Made by a program: the position numbers and the translations under genes. The notes beneath the pieces were generated by a model that ran no database searches, was not told where the DNA came from, and saw nothing but the letters and a program-made list of their open reading frames with translations. From Torpedo marmorata (Eukaryota), in NCBI GenBank assembly GCA_977017645.1, contig OZ360231.1:36580001-36644000 (forward strand): a DNA stretch of 64,000 nucleotides, given 5' to 3'. Each line of letters opens with the position of its first letter. Position 1 is the first letter of the stretch. Positions 11,667 to 22,361 of the stretch are shown here, one piece after another.

Positions 11667-12605
11667 CTAGTTTAAACCCTCCCCAACAGCTCTAGCAATC
11701 CTACCTGCCAGGATATTGGTCCTCCTCCAGTTCAAGTGCAGCCCGTCCCGTATGAACAGGTCAGACCTTCCCCAGAAGAGATCCCAATGATCCACAAATG
11801 TGAACCCCTGTCCCCAGCACCAACTCTTTAGCCACGCATTCATCCTCCACATCTTCCTATTCCTACCCTCTCTAGCGCATGGCACAGGCAGCAATCCTGA
11901 GATTACCACCCTTGAGGTCCTGCTTTTTAACTTCCTTCCTAACTCCTTATATTCCTTCTTCAGGATCTCATCCCCATTTATTTCTATGTCATTGGTCCCC
12001 ACGTGGACCACGACACCTGGCTGCTCGTCCTCCCCCTCCAGAATGCTGTGTACTCGATCAGAGACATCCTTGACCCTGGCACCTGGAAGGCAACATACCA
12101 ACCGGGAGTTCCGATCTCGTCCAGCAAACCTCCTATCTGTTCCTCTAACCAGCGAGTCCCCAATTACAAAAGCTCTCCTCTTTTCCCCCCTTCCCTTCTG
12201 AGCCGAGGGGCCAGCCCCCGTGCCAAAGACCTGACCCCCGCGACTTGTCCCTGGTAGGTCGTACCCCCCAACAGTATCCAAAACGGTATACTTATTATTG
12301 AGGGGAACGGCCACAGGGATTCCCTGCACTGTCTGTCTCCCCCCCTTCCCTTTCCTCACAGTCACCCAGTTAGCTGACTCCTGTCTATTTGGGGTGACTG
12401 TCTCCCTGAAACTCCTGTCTATGACTACCTCTGCCTCCCTCATGATCCGAAGTTCATCCAGCTGCAACTCCAGTTCCCTAACATGGTCTCGCAGGAGTTG
12501 CATCTGGATGCACCTTTTGCAGGTGTGGTCATCAGGAACATTTGTGATGTCCCTGACCTCCCACATCCTGCATTCGGAACACATGACTAACCCAACTGCC
12601 TCCAT
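11667..12605 (-). CDS. CR1 ORF1p: zinc finger, coiled coil and SGNH esterase domain (intact, 312 aa)
   Basis: CSEC..HTCKRC, leucine heptads, and the esterase blocks GDSLVRG, HVGTND, DGLH. Confidence 0.88.
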   Translation of the reverse strand: MEAVGLVMCSECRMWEVRDITNVPDDHTCKRCIQMQLLRDHVRELELQLDELRIMREAEVVIDRSFRETVTPNRQESANWVTVRKGKGGRQTVQGIPVAVPLNNKYTVLDTVGGYDLPGTSRGGQVFGTGAGPSAQKGRGEKRRAFVIGDSLVRGTDRRFAGRDRNSRLVCCLPGARVKDVSDRVHSILEGEDEQPGVVVHVGTNDIEINGDEILKKEYKELGRKLKSRTSRVVISGLLPVPCAREGRNRKMWRMNAWLKSWCWGQGFTFVDHWDLFWGRSDLFIRDGLHLNWRRTNILAGRIARAVGEGLN

Positions 12606-12966
12606 AACCCCCTCTTAACTACAACTAGAATAAATAGGAATAAACTTAACAACCTTACCGGTAGCACTACCTCAGCTTCTTCTCTCCAAAGCCTCTTGAG
12701 CCAAAGCCTCAGTGCTCCACTCCTTCCCTATGCCACTTACTCCCTGGGCCGCTCCTCACTGGCCGCTCCCTCAACTTCAACTCCTGTTATAGGTCACTGC
12801 TAATTAACCCAAATATCCAATTTCTTACTACTACTAATCACCAATTAACCTAGCCCTAGGCCCGAAAAAGCGCCCTTTTTAAACTAAATTTACAAGTCCA
12901 AAAATTACTCACCAAGCACCAGTCACCAGTCACTCCTCCCACTCCAGCACTCCAACACAACTGAAT

Positions 12967-13647
12967 AGGACTGTTATTTATCTGGGTTATGTAGTAGGAC
13001 AGGGACAGTTAGCGCCAGTAGAGGACAAGGTTGTGACTATTTCCGAGTTCCCTGTTCCAACTGGTAAGAAAACACTGAGGAGGTTCCTGGGAATGATTGG
13101 CTACTACCGCAAGTTCTGTAAATACTTTGCAGATCTTGCGCTCCCTCTCACAAATTTGCTTAGAAAGGGAGAAAAATTTGTATGGTCGACAGGTTGTCAG
13201 GAAGCATTTGTCAAATTGAAAGCCATTTTATTCCACCAACCTGTGCTTAAGTCACCTGATTTAGAACAGCCATTTTTTTGAGCCGTGGATGCCTGCGATG
13301 AAGCTGTGGATGCAGTGCTGTGACAGAGGAAAAATGAAGAGGACATTGACCATCTGGTATCCTACTTCTCGAAGAATTTCATTGATCATCAAAGGAATTA
13401 TTCAACCATAGAAAAAGAGTTGTTAGCTCTTGTGTTGGCTCTACAACACTTTGATGTGTATATCTGTACAGCTCAAAAACCACTCATAGTGTATACTGAC
13501 CATAATGCATTGGTTTTTCTTTGTAAAATGAAAAATAAGAATCGATGGTTGTTGAATTGGAGTCTAATTTTGCAAGAATATGATTTAATAATAACACATA
13601 TAAAAGGGAAATATAATGTAATTGCTGATTGTCTTTCTAGATGCTAA
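12967..13647 (+). pseudogene. Gmr1-like RT C-terminus and RNase H
   Basis: YLGYVVG, LRRFLGMIGYYRKF, NYSTIEKELLA, YTDHNAL, NVIADCLSR. Confidence 0.88.
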
Positions 13648-13780
13648 ACTTTATGAATTAAAATAGTTCATATTTTTGTGTTTGTGGATGAACATTGAGG
13701 GTTTTGTTTATATTATGATACCTCAATTAATTTCCAAAATTTTGTTCTTGCTGACCAAAATTTTCTTTGTGGGTGGGAGG

Positions 13781-14479
13781 TGTTATGGACCATGACTGAC
13801 CATTTGGACTGCGGACGGTCAGCAGGACGGATGAAGTCTTTTGGAGTACACACTGGGACCAGGTACTGAAAGAGTTAACTTGCCCAGGACTGGGTGTGCT
13901 CACAGAGAGAGACACAGAGAGAGAGAGACAGGCTGTGGAAAGATACTTTGTTGCACTTTTGCAAAAGCAGGTGCAAACCCCTGCAAAAAGCATTCAGTTT
14001 GGGAGTTGTAAAAGGCTGGAGCAACACAGCAAAACCAGAGGCTTGTGCATTTCCAGCTAGAAAGGCTGTGGAGAAGAGCACATGGCCTCCTTTATCAGTA
14101 AAAGACTTAGATAAAGCAACTTTCATGAATAACAGGCGTGAGATCAGCGAGACAGGCTGTGAGATCAAAGTATACGCCCCAATCAGTGGTATACTGATTT
14201 GTAATCGCAATCCTTGTGTTCCTACCAAAAGGGAAAGTCATCAGGGAAGAAAAGCAGGCCAAGCATTCGTAAGCTTAAACAGTCATTGTCTCTCTCTCCA
14301 ACGTTCATTAAGAAGTCCTTCGTGCCAGCACACAGAGCTGAATTTGGACCCTGAACATAGAGAGTGATTTTTGTGGACTGTATTTTTGGAACTGACTTAT
14401 TTTTATGACTGACCTGGGGTTTTGGGGAAGGTTTTCCATTTTTACATGAGGGTTGGGCACAGACTGTAATGGTCTGGGC

Positions 14480-14517
<38 letters not shown>

Positions 14518-14677
14518 CACACACACACACTCTTTAGATAAGAATAGTGTTTATAGACGTTTATAGTGGGGTTAATTGTTAAGAAATTATATGTTTAATT
14601 GTCTTTAATAAATATAAATTTCAATTTTACCCCTTTTGCATTGCGTCTTCTGTCATTGCTGGTTTGAGTTTGTAACA
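13781..14677 (+). repeat. 3' LTR of the Gmr1-like element (897 bp, internal (CA)n)
   Basis: TGTTATGGACC...TTTGTAACA after the PPT; homologous to the solo LTR at 49022-49921. Confidence 0.9.
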
Positions 14678-15045
14678 ACCGAAAAACGTCCGGTCCCAAG
14701 CTTTTCGGATATGGGGAAACATACTCTACTTCAAGTATATCTTTTTTAGTGAAACATCAGCAATATCTTCAATATTATAGCCTATATTTTTGTTTTATCG
14801 TTGCAGAACCCACTGTACTTAGGTAGGTGTGAAGAGATGAAGTTAATGATTCAAGTTGAAGATACTTCATCGGAACAGATTCTAACTTTAAGTATTGAGC
14901 TTCTCTCCTCTCATAAACCCCGTGTTCCCCAAAATTTCTGGAAGGATGCTTGTATCCTTCTTTGTGAAGTCAGAAGCCAGTATGAATTAAGTTGACATGC
15001 CATTTCTTTGTTTCCCATGATACATTCCCCCACTTCTGGCTGTAA

Positions 15046-15858
15046 CCTCACTTGGAGTACTGTGTACAGTTTTGGGCACCTTATTTGAGAAAGGGTGTGC
15101 TGGTGTTGGAGATGGTTCCGAGAAGATTTACTAGAATGATACCAGGAATGAAAGGGTTAGCATATGAGAAACGATTGTTGGCTCTTGGACTGTACTCGTT
15201 GGAGTACAGAATGATGAGGTGGGACTTCATAGAGGCATTTTGATGCTGAACGGCCTGGACAGAGTAGATGTAGCAAGGATGTTTCCCATGGTAGGGGATT
15301 CTAGGACAAGAGGGCATAATTTCAGGATAAAAGGGTGTCAATTTAAAACAGATTTTTTTTAAAATTTAGATATACAGCACGGTAACAGGCCATTTCGTCC
15401 CACGAGTCCGTGCTGCCCAATTTACACCCAATTAACCTACACTCCCGGTACGTTTCGAATGGTGGGAGGAAACTGGAACCCCCGGGGAAAACCCACGCAG
15501 ACACGGGGAGAACGTACAAACTCCTTACAGACAGCGTGGGATTCGAACCCCGTTCCTGATCGCTGGCGCTGTAACAGTGTTATGCTAACCGCTACGCCAA
15601 CCGATGCGGAAATATTTCTTTAGTTAGATGGTCATGAGTCTGTAGAACTTTTTGCCACAGGCGGCTGTGGAAGCGAGGTCGTTGAGTGTATTTAAGGCAG
15701 AGATTGACAGGTATTTGATTAGTCAGGGCATTAAGGGTTACGGGGAGAAAGCCGGGGAGTGGGGCTGAGTGGGTGGATGGATCAGCTGATGATTAGAATG
15801 GTGGAGCAGACTTGATGGGCCAATGGGCCTACTTCTGCTCCTATATCTTGTGATTTTG
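15046..15858 (+). mobile_element. CR1 3' fragment interrupted by a SINE
   Basis: EYCVQFWAPYLRK...LGLYSLE and CR1 3' UTR. Confidence 0.85.
15354..15602 (-). mobile_element. V-SINE (tRNA head, V core, CR1-like tail)
   Basis: A box TAGCGGTTAG, B box GGTTCGAATCC, core GGAGTTTGTACGTTCTCCCCGTGTCTGCGTGGGTTTTCC. Confidence 0.9.
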
Positions 15859-17112
15859 TGACCAGGAGAAACCCCAAAAATAGCTTATAGGATAGATTAG
15901 TAGTTGGGGATCCACAGCACATTTAAATAAAAGCCTTGTTTTCTTTTCACCTCACGTAACATAATATTTTTTTATGTAGTCGGTAGGAGAGAAGTGCGGA
16001 AGAAACCAAAACTTGAGGCAAGGGGGACCATAAACTTTGATCAGAGTCCTATGGGGGGCCATGGCTGAAAAAAGGATGAGAATGGCTGCTCTTAAGCATG
16101 AAACGTGTTCTATTTGTGTGAATGTTTGCGTTTATAAAGTAGTTGGACTGAACAGTTGCCTGTCTCTCAAGTCATCCACATTGTCACGAGAGTTTAAAGG
16201 GAATATCCGAATTGCTTGTGTTCTGCCTTGCAAATAAGCCTCTACAGATGTGTTATGCCGTAATTCATTCATGTAAATATGTGTTTAACTGTTGGCCTGA
16301 TATGCCTGTTTCTGCTCATACCTGTAAAGTCCTTTTTTTTCCTTTACTTCTTCATGATTTGCGGCACTTGCAATGCCAGCATTTATCTTCGAATCTTAAT
16401 TGCCTCAGAAATGGGAATCAGTTAAGATTTAACCACTTTGGTGTCTGGAGACAAGTGATGAACAGACTGGGAAAACACAGCAGACATCTTTCCCTGAAGC
16501 ACTCAGATATCTTTAGAGCATAAAGAATTCCCAATAGATTACTTATTTTACAGAGAGGGAATTATATCCGACCCTGATTGGATGCCTAAAAATGGTAGGT
16601 TGATGAATTAAATCACCTGGTCTAAAAGAAAGGACTGTACTCACTGTATTCAAGGAACCTAGATTTTCATGTTCAGTCAGTCCCATATCCACCTTGTGCA
16701 ATGAATATGTTATATCTTGGATGAAATGATTAGAAAAATATATCAGGTGACGGAGTGATGTCTTGCGAATGTTGACATGGTGCTTATTATCCAAATGAGT
16801 GAGCATCTCGAGCTCTCACTGTTAGTCAGTCAGAAAGTGGGTCATGTTCCTGATGCAGTTCTAATATTCACACGCATTGTTATTTCACCACTCCCCCCCG
16901 CCCCCCAACACACAGATATACATAAACATATGCACATGCACACAAGCTCATGCGTGTGCGCACAGAGAAGCACATGCCAAAGCCACATCAGAGCAATGAA
17001 TCTCCACAAATTATAATTTGGATGAACTAAAGCCCAGGATGAACCAATGAAAACTCAGGAGTAAGGTAGCAGATCAGGTAGAATGTGTTCTCCAGGTAAC
17101 AGCTGCGGAGTA

Positions 17113-17241
17113 GTAAAACACGAAAGTTTGCAGACACTGTGGTTGAAGTGAAAACACAAAATGCTGGAGAAACTCAGCAGGTCAAACAGTGTCCTTTATA
17201 TAGCAAAGGTAAAAATACATAACCGATGTTTCGGGCTTGAG
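17113..17241 (-). mobile_element. Penelope-like pseudo-LTR fragment
   Basis: Homologous to the terminal repeats at 19240, 20598 and 29075. Confidence 0.7.
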
Positions 17242-18069
17242 CTGTGGAGTAACCTCCCAGAAAAAAGCAGTGAAAAAAGTGATAATGAGGTCAAACAACA
17301 TGGAGACATAATTTCCTTTTTTTTTGTGCACAAGTTAATATTCTTACATAGAATTTCCTTGTCTGTCATTTAAGTCGTTAGACTGTTTGTTTTAAATCAA
17401 TTACAGCTATTAAAATACAAAGGAAATTGGTGCAAGTGTGTCAATCAAAGGAAATTGCATTTTTCTTTGTATTTCTATTGAGAAAATTAATTGAGATATG
17501 AGAATAGATTGGGTACATTGTGCCTGCAGTTCTGTGATCATTCTTCTGGTGAGTTGAAATTAACTGTGTAAAAGCACTGGATGAAAGGGGGTTGAAAGTG
17601 CAATGGTTCCAAATCATATTCCACTCATTTATCCCCAAGGATATGAGTTGAATAACTTTGCAAGAACATTCATTATCAAGTCACCAGGATCCAATGCAAG
17701 AAAATAATTGCTTTCTAAAGGAATGCTATTATCTGTATAAAATATTACTTTTACATCAGAAAGGAGGATTATTTATATGCTTTAGACTGGGTTAAAGACA
17801 TAGTATATGTACAAAATTGAGAAAAGGTTTCATTTCACCAAATATGTTTATTTCCACAAATTATTGTTCATGGATTCACAATTTTCCTAAACGAGAAGAA
17901 CAAGAATGAAATTATAAGTGAACCATTCAAATTTGGAACTGGCTTTCAATCATTGGCGTTTGAGCCTCAAGAATTGCTAGAATATTATATATTTCCTTCA
18001 GCTAGATAAAGCGAAGTTTCAGCAAAATTTAGTTATAAGAAGGTTTTGGTCTTAATTACAGGTTAAAGG

Positions 18070-19000
18070 ATAGATATCAATAAGTCAGAAGGGGTACAGA
18101 GAAGATTCGAAGGATGTTGTCAGGACTAGAGGGCTTGAGCTACCGTGAGGGACCTTGTCAATGACCTTACTAAAGTCCATGTTGACAACATCCACTGCCC
18201 CATTCTCATCAACCACCTTTGTCACCATCTGAGAAAACTATCAGATTTGTTAGTCATGACCTGTCCTGCACAAAGCAATGCTGACTGTCCCTAATCTGAC
18301 CAGATCTTTCGAAGTGTGTAAATCCTATCCCTAAGGATCGTCTCCAATAGTTTCCCTACCACTGACATGAGGCTCACCAGCCTATAATTTCCTGGATTAT
18401 CCCTATTTCCATTGTTGTCCATTAACCAATTCTCAGTGAATACTGATATAATACCTTAGACCTTATGTACTCAAAATTTATAGAACATAGAACATCATAG
18501 CAGAGTACAGGCCCTTCAGCCCACTATATAAACCTACTCAACAAACTAAATCTTCCTTACCTCACAACCATAACACCCTATTTTTCTTGCATCCATGTGC
18601 CCAAGCATCTTTTAAACGTCCCTATTGTACCAGCCTCCACCACCACCCCTGGAAATGCATTCCAGGCACCCACTACTCTTTGTGTAAAAAACGTACCCCT
18701 AGCGTCTCCCCTAAACTTTCCTCCCCTCACCTTGTACTGATGCCCTCTGGAGTTTGCTACTGTTATCCCAGGAAAAAGGTGCTGGCTGTGCACCCTATCT
18801 ATGCCTCTCATAATCTTGCAGCCCTCTATTAAGTCACCTCTCATCCTTCTTCGCTCCAAAGAGAAAAGCCCAAGCTCTGCTAACCTTGCCTCATAAGACA
18901 CATTCTCCAATCCAGGCAACATTCTGGTAAATCTCCTCTGCATCCTCTCCATAGCTTCCGCTTCCTTCCTGTAATGAGGTGACCAGAACTAAACACAGCA
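18070..19000 (-). mobile_element. Cluster of CR1 fragments (main 3' fragment 18480-19000)
   Basis: ERMQRRFTRMLPGL...FFTQRVVGAWN on the minus strand, with a CATAGAA-type tail. Confidence 0.82.
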
Positions 19001-19239
19001 ATAACTTCTGGTGTGGCACCTTTTTAAAGACCTTTTGAAGGTCCAGTTGTACCAGATCCCTTATCTACAAGCAAACTTCTCCTCAGATGCCAAAAGCTGG
19101 ACTGGCATACTGGAGGCAATGATGAACTTCATAACCAATGTCTTCCTTCATTCAATGGTTGCTCCTGAAATAAGCAGTGATTCACCTTTCTTAACTTCTC
19201 ATCACAGACCTTTATGGTCAAGTTGCAGCCAAGGTGGAG

Positions 19240-20082
19240 TGAAGCATGAAAGTCTGCAGATGCTATGATTGTAGTAAAGACACAGAAATGCTGGAGGAAC
19301 TCAACAGATCACACAGAGTCCAAAGAAGGTAAAGATATATAACCAACATTTCGGGCCTGAGGCCTTCTTCTAGGAATGAGCAAAAAGCAGGCAGGTGCCT
19401 GTATAAAAACGCTGGGGGAGGAGGGAAGAAAGGGCACCAATTGTGCAAATGGTGTTCCCGTTGTGGTCTCCTCCACCTTGGAGGAATTGGGCGCAGTCTG
19501 GGAGATCACTTCGTTGAGCACCTTTGCAATAGCAAGGAACTTCCAGCGGCAACCTATTTCAATTCCTTGGCCCATTCCCATGCCGACATGTCTGTCGATG
19601 GTCTCATGCACTGCCAGATTGAAACCACATGCAAATTGGAGGAACAACAGCTCATATTCCATCTGGGCACCCTCCAATCAGATGGCATTAACATCGACTT
19701 CTACGGTTTCTGTTAGCAATCCCTCCCCCCCCCCCCCCCCCCACTCCCTGGTCTACCCCGCTCTCTTTCCCTTTCCCTCTGTCTTCTTTCCTCCAGCTCT
19801 CCATTCACAGAGCCGCCCCCCTTCCCCAATCAATTCTCACCTTTTGTCTCCTGTCCTCCTATCCATGTCCAATTATGACCTTTGCTCCCCTCCCCCCCCC
19901 CACCCGTTCCCACTCCACCCTTTCTTCCCTCCTCCCCCAGCCTTTTTATTCAGGCACCTGCCTGCTTTTTGCTCATATCTAAATGAAGGGCTCAGGCCCA
20001 AAATGTTGGTTATATATCTTTACCTCCTATGGATGCTGCGAGACCTGCTGAGTTCCTTCAGCATTTCTATGTTTTTACTGCA
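19240..20082 (+). mobile_element. Penelope-like element remnant: inverted pLTR, GIY-YIG 3' fragment, pLTR
   Basis: GIY-YIG C-terminus (LGDHFVEHL..ATYFNSLAHSHADM..KLEEQQLIFHLGTLQSDGINIDF); 19240-19425 is an inverted copy of 19930-20082. Confidence 0.82.
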
Positions 20083-20597
20083 GCCAATGTGGGTTGTTAG
20101 AGGACCTTTGTTTTGCAGATGTTTAATATTTTCCTGTAAGCTACAGTGAGCAAATCAATGATGACTTGGGGGGAGTTTAACCTCGGAAGGTGTGAGAGTT
20201 CATTGTTAGGTTCATAAGTGCAGATGCACCCAAATTCTTACTTCCTGCAGCCATACAACTACATTATCTTCACCGACAGTAATAGGATGAATTAAGTTAC
20301 CACAATATGCCATGACACAGGAAAAGTATAAAAGGATAGATAGATAAATATTCACAGCTGTGTAGGTGCAACTACACAAGCATTATTTGCAGACTGCAGC
20401 TTGACGACCAGATTGGAGAGATTCTTCCTCTGAAACAGGAGGTTGAGCAGTTTTCCACTCATCCTGTAGGTTCCCTCCAATCAGGCAGGACTCTTGTTGG
20501 AGGTGACATTGATATGGTGCAAATTGGGAAAAGTGTAGGATTGAGAAACAGCCCTGCTAGACACTGGGTGGACACCGGGATTGTATCTGGAGCAAGG

Positions 20598-20800
20598 TGA
20601 AGCACGAACGTCTGCAGACGCTGTGACTGTAGTAAAAACACAGAGATGCTGGAGGAGCTTAGCCGGTCTCACAGCGTCCATAGGAGGTAAAGATATATTA
20701 CCGACGTTTCGGGCCTTTTTCAAGGGCTCAGGCCCGAAACGTCGGTAATGTATCTTTACCTCCTATGGAAAGTTCCTCCAGTATTTCTGTGTTTTTACTT
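20598..20800. mobile_element. Palindromic mini-element made of two inverted Penelope pLTR ends
   Basis: ..GGTAAAGATATATTACCGACGTTTCGGGCCT-spacer-AGGCCCGAAACGTCGGTAATGTATCTTTACC..; the arms extend to GTAAAAACACAGA/TCTGTGTTTTTAC. Confidence 0.8.
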
Positions 20801-20925
20801 GTATCTGGAGTAAAGCTGTTGGTTAGAATCACAGCTTGCATGCCATCATGTAACAGGTGCAGAAGGGCAATGTAATTCTGCAGATTGCCAAACGTGAGGA
20901 ACATTCTCCTCAATCCCTTTCAGTT

Positions 20926-21187
20926 TGTTTTTTTTTTAGACATACAGCACGGTAACAGGCAATTTCGGCCCACGAGTCCGTGCTGCCCAATTTATACCCC
21001 ATTAACCTACACCCCCGGTATGTTTTGAACGGTGGGAGGAAACCGGAGCCCCCGGAGAAAACCCATGCAGACATGGGGAGAACGTACAAACTCCTCACAG
21101 ACAGCGTGGGATTTGAACCCCGGTACGGACCCGATCACTGGCGCTGTAAAGGCGTTGCGCTAACCGCTACGCCAACCGTGCCACCCC
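20926..21187 (-). mobile_element. Full-length V-SINE
   Basis: Starts GGGGTGGCACGGTTGGCGTAGCGGTTAG; B box, V core, CR1-like tail and A-rich end. Confidence 0.92.
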
Positions 21188-21864
21188 TAGTTGACAAAGA
21201 CAAAGGCTCTTTTAAGATCACAAAAGACATCATACCATGGTTGATGCCGCTCCCCATAATTCTCTTGTCACACGTGGAAGATATGCCCCTGGTGCTTCTA
21301 GTTGAATCCATACTGCAGTTCAGAGAGGAGTTCCTAGTCCACTGAGGTTGGGGGTGGGAGTTGTTCTTAGAACACTGAGGGGGGTGGGGGTACGCGATTT
21401 TTTTTCTCAGGCAGACAACAGAGAGGCCTCTCTGCAGTTACCAGAATTGGGTTTGCTTGCTTTCTCACAGATGGATAAGATCTTTACGTTTTCTCTAAGA
21501 TCCCCCAGCAGAAACTGCTCTTTCTAAATATAATCTGGCTACTGTCGCTAGGTTACATCTCTTGCTTTGAATTTTATTAATGGCCTGGCAAACATGCCAT
21601 ATTCTTGCCTCAGGGACTCTTTTGAGTGGCAGAGGGAGAAGTGTAAGCGCTTTATTTTTGAAAAATGTGCAATAATTATATGATGTCCAGCTATCTACTT
21701 GACGCATCTCTGTAGCTTACTAGGTTATATCACAAAGCCCCTGTCAAAAGCTGACTGCTGCTACCAATGTTTAATTATGTAGTAGGCTGTGTAATCAAGC
21801 TTTACATTCATTTAGTAAACAACAAGGTTTTCACAACATCTGGGAAAGGTTATCCCTTTAGTCT

Positions 21865-22361
21865 CAGAATCAGAATCAGAATCAGAATTTATTGTCATGA
21901 ACAAGTCATGAAATTCGGTGTTTTACGGCAGCATCAAAGTGCAAACATTCATATTATAACCATCTTACGACATTACTATAAAAATAAATATATATATATA
22001 TAAATAATAGTGCACGAAAAGTAAGGCAGTGTCTTTGGTTCATTGATTATTCAGGAATATGATGGCAGTGGGGAAGAAGCTGTCCTTGTGCCATTGAGTG
22101 CTCTTCTTTAGGCTCCTGTACCTTTTTCCCGATGGTAGCAGAGTGAAGAGGGCATGGCCTGGGTGGTGGGGATCTTTGAGGACAGAGGCTGCTTTTTTAA
22201 GACACCGCCTCTTGTAGATGTCCTCGATGGAGTGAAGTCTGGTGCCTGTGATGTCGCAGGCAGAGTTAACAACCCTCTGGAGTTTATTCTTGTCCTGAGA
22301 GTTGGCGCCTCCATACCAGGCATTGATGCAACCAGCCAGAATGCTCTCCACGGTACAACTG
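21865..22361 (-). mobile_element. Rex1/Babar 3' fragment
   Basis: CTVESILAGCI...SFFPTAII and (TTCTGA)n tail. Confidence 0.9.

Larger units (their letters stand above)
8658..12966 (-). mobile_element. Full-length CR1-clade LINE (HER1-like), copy 1
   Basis: 5' end ATTCAGTTGTGTTGG identical to the end of copy 2 at 46700; ORF1 and ORF2 present; (TTATATGG)n-type 3' tail. Confidence 0.92.
6155..14677 (+). mobile_element. Gmr1-like Ty3/Gypsy element (gag-PR-IN-RT-RH order), 5'-deleted and interrupted by CR1
   Basis: Protease is followed directly by integrase; RT C-terminus and RNase H lie downstream, then PPT GGGTGGGAGG (13771-13780) and LTR 13781-14677. Confidence 0.88.
511..14726 (+). mobile_element. 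Tigger/pogo DNA transposon expanded to about 14.2 kb by nested insertions
   Basis: Left TIR CAGTACGTTTCCCCATATCCAAAA (511, after TA); matching right TIR TTTTCGGATATGGGGAAACATACTC (14702-14726, before TA); transposase follows the left TIR. Confidence 0.85.

Noticed and set aside
13727-14530. ORFs within the Gmr1 LTR
   Set aside because: They arise from (GA)n/(CA)n simple repeats and are not preserved in the solo copy at 49022-49921.
21090-21187. tRNA genes at A/B-box motifs (also 15530-15602, 46880-46957, 49922-49995)
   Set aside because: Each continues into a V-SINE core and LINE-like tail; these are SINE heads.
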